DNA from: Piromyces finnis finn | Lineage: Eukaryota > Fungi > Neocallimastigomycota | DNA length: 64,000 nucleotides | Direction: 5' to 3' | Assembly: GCA_002104945.1 (NCBI GenBank) | Contig: MCFH01000020.1 | Span: 124,001-188,000, forward strand | Shown: positions 1 to 14,000 of the stretch, piece by piece | Position numbering within the stretch: the stretch's first letter is position 1 | Layout of the letters: each line of letters starts with the position of its first letter | The notes under the pieces: generated by a model | What the model was told of the DNA's origin: nothing | Seen by the model: the letters and a program-made list of their open reading frames with translations, nothing else | The model's database searches: none | Made by a program: the position numbers and the translations under genes

Positions 1-261
1 TATACCCTATCGAGATTGTATTCTACAGGTGAATGTGATCCATCTTTACATTCCCATAATTATATTTCAAGTTCAAAGAGAAGATGGCCAGATGATATTA
101 CATTCGAAAAAATGTTAGCTTCAAAAAATATGATAGAATATAATATTCCTGATGAAAATTTAAAAAATGAACCATCCTTTGCATATAAGAAGATTATAGG
201 CACAAATTACATAATTAATTTATCAATATTTATAATAGTAATTTTGTATTATATTAAATAA
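1..261 (+). CDS. 3' end of a gene that starts before the window; unknown protein ending in a hydrophobic C-terminal segment (membrane/GPI-anchor-like)
   Basis: Frame is open from base 1 (YTLSRLYSTGECDPSLH...) to TAA at 259-261. It ends in YIINLSIFIIVILYYIK. No family recognised. Confidence 0.5.
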   Translation, partial: YTLSRLYSTGECDPSLHSHNYISSSKRRWPDDITFEKMLASKNMIEYNIPDENLKNEPSFAYKKIIGTNYIINLSIFIIVILYYIK

Positions 262-763
262 TTAATGCTATAATAAAAATAAACAAAATAAACAATAATT
301 TTAAATTATTCCAACTTCTAACCAATACTATTATATTATCATAAAATAAAAAAAGTAAAATAAAAAAAAAAGAAAATAAAAAAATTAAAAACAATTGTAG
401 ATATCCTTTTTAAAAACAACATTCCTTTTTACAAAATATTTATATTAAATATATATATATATATAATATTTATGGTTTTATTCATTATATATTATAAATA
501 AATAAGATAACAACTATACATGATATTTTTGTTTTTAATGGTAATTAGAAAAAATACAATTTTAACTTTTTTTATTGTATTTTTTATAATTCATTTGTTT
601 TTTATTTATTAACAAATATATTTGATTTGTTTAATTTGATATAAATGATCATTTTTAATTTGAATTATTATTTAATAAATTAAAAGTATGTAATCTTTTA
701 TTTAATTTAGTTATAGAGCTATAATTTTGGTTTGTATTTCCATTTAATTTTTTTGCCATGTAT

Positions 764-1304
764 TCATATACCAAGAGTTTTAGCGTATGCAGTAACTTGC
801 CCATCGGCTTCAACAAAATCAACGTCATTGGAATTAACCATTGTAGCTATGAAAAGTAATGAAATGTTTATTTTAATTACTAAGGAATTGTTATTAAAGA
901 AAATTAATTTAACTAATTATAATATCTACTTAAAACTTGATCTGGGAGTTTAGCAGAGAAACCTAACATTGTAGTATTGTATCTGTGTTTAATTTCACCA
1001 CCTAAATATATAAAGAGAATTTTTCAATATAGATATATATTAATATTAGTAATAATTATTATAATCAAAATTATTTAAAAATTTTATTTTTTTTCTGTTA
1101 ATTATATATAATAAATATGTCATTCATATTAATTACCTTGTTTTTCAACATCTTCAATGGCCTTTTCAATAATGTCATTGGCAGTACCTTCTTTAAAGCA
1201 AACAATGTATTCCCCTTTAATGAATTTTTTATTATTATTAAAATAATTAAATTTTCAATTTCATTTCATTATTTTTATTAATAACAGTACTATTATTATC
1301 ATTA

Positions 1305-1362
<58 letters not shown>

Positions 1363-1405
1363 CAATTCATTTATTTTAAAATTCATTTATAAACATACCA
1401 GACAT
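764..1405 (-). CDS. Free-standing peptidase inhibitor I9 (subtilisin-propeptide-like, PBI2/POIA1-like), 79 aa, 4 exons
   Basis: Manual splicing of exons 1405-1399, 1214-1137, 1001-930 and 846-764 (all GT-AG, all phase 1) gives MSGEYIVCFKEGTANDIIEKAIEDVEKQGGEIKHRYNTTMLGFSAKLPDQVLTTMVNSNDVDFVEADGQVTAYAKTLGI*. It carries the I9 hallmarks YIVxFK, GGxIxHxY, GFSAxL and VxxVExDxxV. Not present in the ORF track. Confidence 0.85.
1307..1360. repeat. (TTA)n microsatellite, about 18 units, in intron 1 of the I9 gene
   Basis: Perfect trinucleotide run read directly from the sequence. Confidence 0.95.
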
Positions 1406-2626
1406 TTTTCTTTTTAATGGTATAGTTATTTTATTCGTTAATAAAAATATTAAATATTGATATTTAATTAATAAATATAAATTATTAAAAATTATTAAAT
1501 AAAAACAAAAATAGTGTTATTTTAAAATAAAAAAAAAACAATATTTCTATTTTTATAATTTTAACAATATCATAATTTTTAATTAATAACAAACTTTAAT
1601 TTTATTTATTTTTAAAATGATTTATTATTAATAATTAAAATATAAAAAAATACTCAAAAGATGTCACATTTTATAATTAATGATTTCATTTCTCTCCTAT
1701 ATCCTTTATTTCGATTATTATAATACCAAAAAAAAGGCCAATAAACATTACCATAAATTATTATGTTTATTAGATAAATAATTATTGTTTATTTTTATAA
1801 TTTGTTTTAATCTATTTTGATAATAATTTAATTAAAAATAATAAGTTAAATAATATAAATAAAAGAAAAGGTTAGTAGAAAATTATCTTAAATATATAAG
1901 GAAATTATATAATTTATATTGGAAAAGTAAAAAAAAAAAATTTTTTATTACTAAGAATTGGGTGGCAAAATAATGTTTTTTAATATTGTAATTAATAAAT
2001 TATTAAATTAATAATATTTTAATAACTATCCTAAAAGGAAAACATGGCTTCAAATTATTATTATTAAGGAAAAATATCATAATATTTTACACTTTATAGT
2101 TTTTTTATTATAATGTATTCTAACCCTTTAGTAGATATACTTTTCAATAATTCTTTCCTATAAAAAGTATATTGATATAAAAATAAAATATATTTTCCTA
2201 GAATATAAAAAAAAAGGTAAATGATACAAATTCTAAAAGTTCGGTTTTAGTAATATTATATACTTAAAATTTTTATTTGGATAAATAAAATCAAAATATT
2301 TTTGTACATATATATAATGCTTATTTTTTTTAATGGTAAAAAATATATAACTATAAAAAAATTACAAATACAAATCTATATTTTTATTTTAATCATAACT
2401 TATATTTTGAAATATTTTAATAAAATATATATCAAAGTTTAAATTAATCTCATCAAATTTAGTAAAAAAAAAAGAATTAAAATATTAAGCTTTTATAATG
2501 TACTATGAAGTAAATAAATTGATAGATAAATTATTTTAATAATAAAAATAAAATAATTATATATTTTTATAAAGCTATTTTATATTTAAAAGTTTATGAA
2601 ACTTTCAACATTTAAACTTATACTTT

Positions 2627-2714
2627 AGAATGAATAATAATTATTTTAAAGTACTTTGTTTTAATTTTTAAATGTAGATATTCTAATATAAGAATGAATA
2701 ATAATTATTTTAAA
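2627..2714. repeat. Exact 24-bp direct repeat AGAATGAATAATAATTATTTTAAA (2627-2650 and 2691-2714)
   Basis: Two identical copies with a 64-bp period in intergenic DNA. Confidence 0.8.
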
Positions 2715-5574
2715 CTGCTTGGTTATTTTAACTTTTAACAGGTTCAAGCCTTAATTTATTTCATAAACATTTTTTTTATATATAATTAAAGAACATTTTT
2801 TTATGTATTTAATATCTTTAAATATTAATTAATGTAATTAAAATGAATATAATTTAATATTATTTAATATATAATATTATATGGCGCATGACTATTAATG
2901 TCATAAATAACTAATTAAATATAATTATGCATGAAATTATGCACAATTTATTTTTCATCGTTTAAAATAAAAGGTAATTATGTTATTAATTATGCATACT
3001 GACAATTTAAATAAATTATGTATATTTAATGCTTAGGTCTAAAGTAATTAATATATTAATAATTTTATAAATATATTATTATAATGATAATTATTAATGA
3101 AAGATGTTTAAAATTTTAAAATATTTTTGGATAAATTCATATGATTTATTTATACATAACAAGAAAAATTTTAAACTATAAATTAGTTCAATAAATAAAT
3201 GTAATCTGATATATCAAATCGAATTACACAAGATTATCGATTTTTTATATTAAATTTTTTTTAATTTCTATTTAATTCTAATATCATTTATTTTATATTC
3301 AAGAAAAACTTTTATATAAATCTGCTTTTTTATATTAATTTTCATTTACTCTTTTCTTTCTCTTTCTTATTTATACATTCATTTAATATTGCTCTAGTTT
3401 CTTTTCAATAATTTTTATAAATTGTATTTTCATTCTAAAAAAATTGTTGTTAATAATTATGATAATATCTTTATACTTTCAACCAATGGAAAGTAACTAT
3501 TTGTTGGTTGGTAGCAATTATTTAATAATTTTTATGTATTTGATAGATTATGCATTTATTATTAATTATGAATTATATATTAAAATTTATATCATACTGT
3601 ATTATTTTAATTTATTATACACTACCACATTTTTAATGTTATGAATAGAAAATTATTTTTAATATATATTAACTATATTTTATGTACCAATATAATTTGC
3701 TAAATCCTTTTTTTTAAAGTAAAAATAGTAAAATTATTAAAATTGGTATTTTTAAATTTTTTTTTATTCTAATAATAAAACGCCAAAAAAAAAAAACAAA
3801 TATAATATATATTATTATTATTTTGAAAATACTTTTTTTTTTAAATATTTTTTTTTATATTTCATCTCATGCTTTAGTTTAATATTGAAAAAAAGTCAAT
3901 AATTTTACTTCATTAAGAAAAGATGAATTTTGAAGTAAATTATTTAATTATAAAAATTAAATAATTTATACCATTTTAGTGGTCTTTTTTTTTTTATATA
4001 ATTATATTTCTGGTTAAATTTTAATTGTTACACATGCTTTTTTATCATTTTATTTAAATATAGGATCTATTTTACTGCGCTATATATTATTAATATTAAA
4101 ATTAAATACAGAAAAATATATTTATTATAAATAGTGATTATTATCTAGTAATAAATATATATATTAAATATATAAAAATGTTTGTATTTATTAATATAAA
4201 ATTGCCATATATTATTTTAATATTTATATATAATATTATTGTTATTGATTATTATATATATTACCAATTAGTATGTAAAAAATATTCATATTGTCTATTT
4301 TCTAATATTTTATTTAATCCATAGAGTATTAGGAAATATATTAATAATATATTAATAATAAAGAAAATATTAAATTAATAATATTAATAATAATATATTT
4401 AGTATATTGGCTTTTTCCATATATAATTTATAATTTATTATTTATTAAAGTTTAAATAATAAAAAGAAAAAATAGAACTTTTTTATTTTATTATAGTTTA
4501 TATATATTAAAAATTATAATACTTTTATTTAATTATACTATTAATATTTATATGAAAATATATTGCCATTGTATATTATTGATTAATTTAAAACTATATA
4601 ATATTTCATTTATATAAAAAGCATATTAAAATTTAAAATACCTAAATAAGTCATGATTATACCTTTTTTTTTTCCATACCATATGTATTATATAAAAAAT
4701 TAAAAAATGTTTCTTTAAAAAATTTATTTTATTTATTAGTTTTTTTTTTTATTTTTTTGATTTTAAATAATTATAATGTTTTATATTTTATATAATATAA
4801 ATTAATTATAATTACCACATATTTTAATATAATTTAATCTAATATATTTATAATCTTATACCTTATAATAATTTTTTAATATTACTATTTAATTATAATT
4901 AGAAATTCTAATTATTGAATAATCAAATTGTAATAATAATTTCTTAATTTAATCACTATTTTAATGTTTAATATATAAACACCGATGATAACAATTTTTC
5001 ATACATTTAAAAAAATAAATTAATTCTATATATATATATAATATAAAATATAATATTTATTAATATTAGTATTAATGTTCAAGCTCAACAAATTAAAAAA
5101 GATTGAAAAAAGATTAACAAAATATTAAATCTATTATTTACTTATACATTCTTCAAAATATTTCTTATAATTATAATTTATAGAAATATATAAAGAAATA
5201 ATAAATAACAATTCTAACTTAAGTCATAATAATCAATTTAAAATAGTAAGATTTATTAATCTTATATAATATTAAGAATATTATCTATTTATTTCGATAT
5301 TGTATTTAAGAACAATACAATAAATATTATATAATAAAATTATCTTCAAATTATTTTATTAATCTTAAAAATAATATAAAATTTATAAATTTTATTTTCG
5401 AACTACAGATAATAATTATTATTATTAATATTATTTATAATTACTTTTAAAATATAATTTATTATATATATCAATATTTTATTATTACTATTAAGTTTTT
5501 ATATAATGTTTTAATTTCAGAATAAAATAATAAATTCTATTATTTCTATTATTATAAAAGAAAAAAACCCCGAA

Positions 5575-7362
5575 ATGTTAGATAAAATAAATTGTACAAA
5601 TACTTATATAGTTAATTCAAAATATTATACTCCTTCTTTTTATACTTATTATTTAAATAATTATAATAAAGAAGAGAATATAAATGAATTATTATTTAGT
5701 ATAGAAGAAAATTTACATAAATTAAGTATTAAAATTCAAAACTATCATATTTTTATTCAAGGTTTATATAATTTATTACAAAATTGTAATTTTGTAGTAA
5801 AATTCGATTTAAATAATCTTATAGGAAATAATAAAATCGATATTATAAATTTTAATTATATATTTTTATTAAATAATAATACCGCTTATTACTTTAATTT
5901 TAATACTGTTGAAAATTTAATAAAAAGTAACCAATTAATACCTTATCTTTATAATATCAAAAAAGAAATACCAAATCAAGCTAAATTTTTTAATAATAAT
6001 CACACAGCTAATTTAAAGTTAGTTGAAAATTATAAAATTAATACAACACCACAGTCAACTAATACATCCCTTATATCTTATCCTAATTTAAGTAAACAAA
6101 TATTTGAAACCGGAAAAATGAGAAATAATTATCTCTGTAAAAGAACTTCTTCAATAAAGAGAAATAGAAAGAGTAAGGAAAAAATGTTATTAAGAAAAAG
6201 AGAAAGCTTACATTATTTTACTGATTCGGAGCTTTTCATTGAAAGAAAGAGAGAAAATAGCAAAAAAAGTTCTATGAAGAATTCTTCTAAAGGTGATAAC
6301 TTAACACAAAAGACGTATAAAAGAAGTAATAGTAATCATGGAAATTTTAAAAGATTGAATAATGAGATTATATCAAAATATTATCTTTATCAAAAGAAAA
6401 AAGAGCAATTGAGTAATTTAATTAATCAATCTTGTGAGGTCATTGAAAAATCTGATAACCAAATATTTCAACCTGAAAAAATAAAAAAAATATTTAAAGG
6501 AAAATATATAAAGAACTTGTGTCAAAAAATCAATATTTTCCAGAATAATTTAAGAGATTATTGTAATAATGAAAATTATGAATTTAAATTAGATCAAGGT
6601 CATAAAATTTGGAATTTTAGTTTAAAAAGTCCAAAGTCCATATCAATAAATCAACTTTGTAAGAAAAAGTTATCAAATAATTCCTCTCTATCTCAAAATA
6701 ACTCAAATGAAAAACCTATTAATATATCCAATGAATTATTGAAGTCAAAAGTTGATATTATCCCAACAATTCAAACAACCCCTATAAACATTGAATTCCA
6801 AATTAATAAGAATAACCTTTATTTAAAATCGGAATTAAATAAATCTTTACAGGCATTGAAGAGAACAACCTTGTCAGAAAATAAGAAAAACAATGAAGAA
6901 AATTACCTAGAAAAAGATAATAAACCAAGTTCAAATCCAGTAAATAATATTATTGAGAAGTCAAGTGTACTTCAATCTAGTGAAGTTGCTTCATTAGAAA
7001 ATGCTAATCCAGTAATTACTAATTCTAGAAGAAATAAAAGAACAAAACATAATCGTTCTTCTGCTGTTTGTTTATCATCAAATGATATCAAAGGTATTTT
7101 GAATGAAACTAAACGTAATGATACAACACCAAATAATTCAGAAGATAAAGAACAAAAATCAACTCATCAAAAATTTTCTAAAGAGCAATTAGAGAGAAGA
7201 AAATTATTATCAAGAGATAATTATCATCCTTCTCTTACAACATTAAATTCTACTCAATTTTGTTATAACAAATATTATCCTTCTATTAGTCTACCATCAA
7301 TTCAAAGAAGTTCACAATTTTTACAACAACAATGGATAAACAATAGACGCTTAAATGTTTAA
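5575..7362 (+). CDS. Hypothetical N/K/S-rich protein, 595 aa, apparently single exon
   Basis: A 1.8-kb open frame is unlikely by chance in DNA this AT-rich. No recognisable domain. Confidence 0.65.
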   Translation: MLDKINCTNTYIVNSKYYTPSFYTYYLNNYNKEENINELLFSIEENLHKLSIKIQNYHIFIQGLYNLLQNCNFVVKFDLNNLIGNNKIDIINFNYIFLLNNNTAYYFNFNTVENLIKSNQLIPYLYNIKKEIPNQAKFFNNNHTANLKLVENYKINTTPQSTNTSLISYPNLSKQIFETGKMRNNYLCKRTSSIKRNRKSKEKMLLRKRESLHYFTDSELFIERKRENSKKSSMKNSSKGDNLTQKTYKRSNSNHGNFKRLNNEIISKYYLYQKKKEQLSNLINQSCEVIEKSDNQIFQPEKIKKIFKGKYIKNLCQKINIFQNNLRDYCNNENYEFKLDQGHKIWNFSLKSPKSISINQLCKKKLSNNSSLSQNNSNEKPINISNELLKSKVDIIPTIQTTPINIEFQINKNNLYLKSELNKSLQALKRTTLSENKKNNEENYLEKDNKPSSNPVNNIIEKSSVLQSSEVASLENANPVITNSRRNKRTKHNRSSAVCLSSNDIKGILNETKRNDTTPNNSEDKEQKSTHQKFSKEQLERRKLLSRDNYHPSLTTLNSTQFCYNKYYPSISLPSIQRSSQFLQQQWINNRRLNV

Positions 7363-8052
7363 TTTTATTTTAAAATGCAAATATTATTAAAATAAGATTT
7401 TTATTGGTGGCCTAATAATAAACAATATATTAACAATTATCATATCTTATTCCTTTTAAATAAATTAAAAAAAAAAAAAAAATAAATAAATAAAAAATTT
7501 AATATACAAAATATTATGAATAAATTATATTTTGTTTATTTTATTTATTTATTCCTATTTTTTTTAGTAATAATTTTAAAATATTTTATATCTTTTACTT
7601 TTAGAAAAGAATAAAATATATATAAATTATGTATTTTTTATATCCATAAATGATCTTTTTTTTTTTTTCAAGAAACAAACATTCTTATTTACAACATATT
7701 TTTATTAAACCATTTTTCTACATTAACTTTTTTTTTTTTTTTTTTTTTTTTTTATTATTATTATTATCATTAGTATTATAGTAAAATAATTTAAAAACAA
7801 AAACAAAAAACATATAGTTATTAATTACCAATATCAATAAAATTAACTATTACATAAAAGTAAAAAAAATACTATATTTTTTTTTTTTTTCTTTTTTTTC
7901 AAAATAATTATTTAAATAGAAAAATATTACTTTATTTCTATCTTGTCTTTATTAAAACCCATCAATCCATCAATTAAATAAAATATAAAATAAATAATAA
8001 AAAATCGAATAAAAAAAAAAAAAGGTTTTGAAAATAGTTTTTGTAATTTTTA

Positions 8053-11000
8053 TTATACAAATTCCCAAACTCTGTCACCTTGATCTAAATAATCTTGAAT
8101 AAATAATAAAAAATTGTCTTCTATTGAATAATTTTGATCATTCATGTCATTCGAAGGGGTAGAAGGATTACTTTTATTATTTTCTTTTTTTTTGGTCTTA
8201 TTTTGTGGGATATCATCTTTTTGGTTGAATGTTTGATTTTTTTCTTCATTCTCTGAATCTTCTTCGTTATTTATCTCATCAATGAAATCTGAAAACTCTT
8301 TTAACGGAGAGGATGAACTTTGCATATTCTTACTATATATATAGGTTTCTTCTGGTGTGGCATTGGTTGTATTATTTTCTTTTGAATTTTCACTATTGGA
8401 TGAATACATTTCTCTTTTATTATTATTATTATTTATACATACTTCTTCTGGTTCGTTAGATGAATTATTCCTATCGGCTATAAGTAAATCTGAAATATTT
8501 GTGTTAGATAATGATGTGTTGGTTAATGATTTTATTATTAAATGATCATATTCATCATTATTATAATGATGATGAATTGATTCTTTATTTTGATCTAAAT
8601 CTTTACTGTTAATATCATCTTTGAAATCTTGTTCCATATTATCCTCAAATAATGGAAGATTATTATAGGAAGGTAGGGAAAAAGAGAGTTTAGAATTAGG
8701 GGAAGATATTGAAGGTGGAGAAGAATGAAATGAATTAGATACAAAGGATGATGAATTCATGTTTGGTGATAGTTCATTAAAGGTGGAGGATAAATGAATT
8801 TCTTCGGGGTTAAAAATAGTTTGATTAGGAAGCTCATCACTTAATGTTATTAAATCTTTTTTTCCTCTTTTTTCCTCATTATCGGAGGAACAGCTAAATA
8901 TTAATGGACTTTGAATGGTATTTTCTTTTTTCAATTGAATTAAATCCATTGATTGACTAGGACTAAGACTAGGACTAGGACTAGATAATAATAAAAATTT
9001 TTGATCATGTTTAGTTGTTCCTGGAATCACGGAGGAAAGATCACTATTATATTCATCAATTATAGAAATCTTTGATGTAGAATTAGTACTTGTGATTACA
9101 TTAGAACTACTACTAGCTGCTTCAACATCTTCTAGTGTGGGAAAATTATTTTCTTGTGGAATGGGAATAGAAAAATGCTTATCGTAGTCTTCTTCAAAAT
9201 TATGAGAAGAAAGTAATGTCTCTTCTTCTGAATCGTTACCATTCAATTCTTTTATTGTCAATGATAATGAAGAAGGAAGAGTGGAGGTAGATAATAATGG
9301 ACTAGCTAATTTAGAATTTTCATATAAATCATTTAAATTACTAATAGTTTCATTTTTCCTTGATAAACTAGAATCAAAAGTGAAATCTTTTTCTTTTCCT
9401 TTATTTTTTATTTCTTGTTTTGGAAAAGTATCATTATTATTATTACTATATTTTTCTTTTTCTTTACTTAACTTTAACCCTTTTTTATCCTTTTTATTTT
9501 CTTCCTTACTCATTGCTTTTTCCATTTCTATTTCTTTAAAATCAACTAGATCTTTAATTAACACCTTTTTTCCTTCTTCACTTTTATCTTCATTTTTCAT
9601 TTCATGTATTATGTTTTCATGTTTAATTTCTTTCCAGTTAATAAAATTTTCAAGTAAAAATTCATTATTAAGGTTTTCTTTATTGTTTTCTTCTTCTCTA
9701 TTTTCATTTTCTTGCTTAATTATTTTCCAATTAAAACAATCGTTAATTAATATCTCATTGTTGAATTCTATTTTTTTATTTTTAGTTTCATCATCATTTT
9801 CAATTTCATTTGAATTTATTTCTTCACTCATTTCATCTTCTTTTTTAACTTTTTTCCAATCAAATAAATTTTGGATTAACATTTCATTGTCAAAGTTCTC
9901 TTTTAAAGCTTCATTTATTTCATTTTCTTTTTTAATTTTTTCTAAATCAATAAAGTGTTTATTAATTATGTCGCTAACATTATTTATGGTATATCTTTTT
10001 AATTGTTTTTGATTTTCATTGATTTCTATTCTATCATCATTACTATTACTTTTTTTATTTATTATCTCTCCTTCAGTTTTTATTTCTTTCCAATTTAAAA
10101 TTTTATTTAAAATTACTTCATCACTATTTTCCATAGCGTTTTGATCCTTCCTCATTGTTGAAACATCCTTATTTTCATTAATGTCACTGGGGTCATTTAA
10201 TATAGAATACCCTTTTTTTATTTTTCTTAATGTTAATAATTTTCTGATAATATCTTCGTTTTTTATTTCTTCTTCATTTTTTTTAGAAATATACTTTTCA
10301 TCATATTGAGTATTCTCCTCTTTTTCAGTTTCCTCTACATTTTTTATTATTTTTTTACTTTTTAAATTAATTAATTTTATATTATTGTTATTATCCAGAG
10401 ATCCAGATTCATTATTTTGTAAAGGACTATTTTTTGTATTATTTAAATTTCTTCTATCAGTATCATTCATATTAGTAATATTTATATCTTTATTTATTTT
10501 TTTATTTTTTTGTTCATTCGAAATTTTATCTTCATTTAATAATTTATTACTATTATGTTTATTGTTTGAATATATCATTGTATTACTTTCATTTAATAGA
10601 GATAATGACATTCTTCTTCTTTTAATTCTATGTACATTATTTATCATATGAATTTTTTTTCTTTTCCTTATTTCATTTTCTGTATTTCTAATGCTTTTTC
10701 TATTTTTAAAATAGTTCTGTAAAAATTCAATTAATTGCTTCTTTAATATAAAATTAAAGTCTTCTAGATCTTGGACACTGATTTTTTTTAAATTTTCTTT
10801 TATAATTACATTTAAAAGTTATATTTAATATAAAATATTATTTAATTTTTTAGAATAAAAAATATAAAAATAAATAAGATAGTATTTTATTTTCAAAAAT
10901 TTAAATTTTTTTTTTTTTTTTACCTGTCACAAATTGATAAATATAACTAGCAACAATATGTTTACATACTAATTTAGTATTATTCCATATATATACCTAA

Positions 11001-14000
11001 TTATAAAATATATTTAGAGTATTATAATTATTAAATTATTTTCTAATTCATTAATATTATGTTTTATAATATATTATATAATTACTTACCATACAAGAAC
11101 ATTTATAGGTTGACTGATGTTGTTGGTCATTCATATTTATTTGAGTATAATAATATTCATTTTCATAATATTTCACATTTAATAATTCTATCATAATATA
11201 TTAATAATATTATATCAATATTTTATCAAAAATTTGATTAGCAGGGTAATAATTTGATATTATATATTTATATTTATAAATACCATTTACGATGCTATTT
11301 AGTGAAGAATAAGGAATATATTTCGACAGAATTTGATGTTTATTATATATTTGATCTATTATAGGTTTTAAAACTTTATTAACTTTTAATTGAATCTTAT
11401 AATTAACAATACTATCTTTATTATTGTTTAGAATATCTTCATAGTCATTATTTTCTTGATCTGAACAATAATTAAAAAAATAGGGAGATATCCATTTCGT
11501 TAAATCATCACTATTATCATCTATTTTTCTTTTTTTAATATAGAAATTATTCTTGTTTTTGGTTGGAAGAATCTAGATTCATACGTTGTAAACATTATAT
11601 ATTATATATTATATATAATATAAATTATTATTGGAATTGATAATTAAACAAAACTTTTAAATTTTTTAACTACTTACTACTTACATTATTAATTAAATAA
11701 TAAAAGATTCCTTCGAAAATAATTCTTTTAGCTTTTTTTTTTTTACTATTAGTTATATTGCTAATGAATTTGCTCAAATTAAGTTTGTCTATTAATTTCA
11801 TGCTAACAGATGTCGATTTCTGATTTTTTTTCTGTTTTATATCAAAAATAGTTATATTTTTTTCTTGTTCTTCTTTTGAAATTTTAGAATTGTAAAATTG
11901 AAATATTGAATTAGTTTTATCGATTGAATAAGATAATTTCTCCATTAACAAGTCTTGAATTTTTTGTTTTAAAATTTTTTGATTTGATAAATCATTTTTA
12001 TTAATATTCATTTCTTTTGGAACAAGATTTTTGAAAAAAAAATGATATGGTTGTAATTCTAACAAGGATGAATTTTTTAAAAAAAGGAATAGAGGATCTT
12101 TTGATAATTTATGACATGTTTCATAAATTCTATAGAGTTCGGTAGTTTTCAAAATATCTACTTTATCATTACCGTTCTTATTATGTAAGAGAATTTGTTG
12201 TTGAATATATATATCTAATTTATTACTATCTGTTAAATTTATATTTTTTAATTTATAATAAAGTAATTTATCCAAAGTTAATTGTCCTCCAACGGCTTCA
12301 ATAATATCACAACGATTAACAACTCCATTTTTTAAAAATTTATTTTTCAATAAATCATTAATTTTTTCTGCAAATCCATTTGTTGTTATTATTTGATTTG
12401 TACTATAAGCAATTTGATGTTCCTTAAAAATATCGAAACCCCAAAAAGCATTTAACTTATTTAGAAAGGAAATAATTTTGTGAAGCTTAGATGGTGGTAA
12501 TTGAAATTCATTAGATAACATAGATACATTATCATTTTTTAGAGATGATTCAAAAAGAGTCTTTTGGCTATCAACTATTTCATTTGAATTAACGTTTAAA
12601 TATGTATTAATATTACCATCAGTATTGTATGCTGTTTTTAATTTGTTAAATTCTTCAAATTCATTAGTTTGCATCCTATAATTACTTGAGACTAAATGAA
12701 TAAAATTTGATATACTCCAATCTTTTTCATAAAGCTTTAATTTGAATGCTATTACAAGCAACAACTTCTGAGACGAGGTTATTTTTAAATCATCTAATAG
12801 TCTATAAAATAAACTAGCTAAATGGAATTTACAAAGAAATGGTTTCATATTTGCATTTCTAACTGCTTCCAGTGTTTTCTTTTCATGATCAATGATAACT
12901 ATTGGTTTCCATGATGATACTGAATTATTTATTTTTGGGCCTTTTAAGTTTTGTGTAATATTTAAATATTCGTTAATTTTTGTTTCTAATTCCATAGAAA
13001 GGTGAGAATAATAATGAAAATTTGTATTTTTAATACTTTGAATGTGACATTTATTAAATTTAAGAAAACCTTTTGAATAATATATGTATTGTTGTGAATG
13101 AGAGCAAAATATATTTTTACAGGGTATATTATATTTTACAATATCTAAAAATATTCTTATACTTTCTTTTTTGTTAACTGTCAATGAAGAAAAAAGAAAG
13201 GCAACAGGAAAAAATGATTTTGAATATTTGGATTTTGTTACGATTGTTGTAATAGAAATTTTTGGTATAGATATCAATGAAAAATAGGTTGTATCTAATA
13301 GAATTTTATTAAGCAATAAAAGTTAATATATAGTTTAATATTTTAAAATATATAATTCTTAATAATCTCATAATAATTTTATATAGTATTTTATCTAAAA
13401 AAATTCAATTAAAATTATTATTACCTAATGATATACAAGAAACATCGTATACAAATTTGAGAAGATTATAATCACTAAGAATTAGCATAAATTCATCTTT
13501 ATCGGACATTTGTTTATCATTTATTTTATTTTCATAATAATAAAATATATTATCATTATCTAAAAGTTTTCTAATAAGTAGTATTTCGTAATTTTTCTTC
13601 CTCATTTTTTTTGATAGCTTATTTTTTGATACAATTTCAATGATTCTTTTATCTTTTATTGAATAAAATATATATGGTATATAATTATCCATAAAATATT
13701 TATATGTATGAACAAAACTAACTACAGCTGTATTTACGTTACTAATAATTGGGATTGTAGGTAAAACATTATTTATAAGGACAGTCTCTTTATGAGTTGA
13801 ATTATCATCTATTTTTTCTTTAATTATATTATCTATTACAACTTTTAAATAATAATTAATATATATATAATAATATTAGAATGTAATAAAATAATAATAT
13901 AAAGAAAATTTTTATTTTATTGATGGTAAAATTACTTAATGATGGCTGACTAATTGAATCCAAACTTGAATTATATAAAAAATTAAATATTATAAAGTAA

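Noticed and set aside
8053-10647. 864-aa ORF as a stand-alone gene
   Set aside because: The frame stays open upstream to an AG acceptor at 10797 whose phase matches the SWIM exon, so it is better explained as the last exon of the MULE-derived gene.
9281-10651. Plus-strand ORFs 9281-10012 and 10385-10651 (F/L/S/I-rich)
   Set aside because: Antisense shadows of the K/E/N-rich minus-strand exon; low-complexity codons give stop-free complementary frames.
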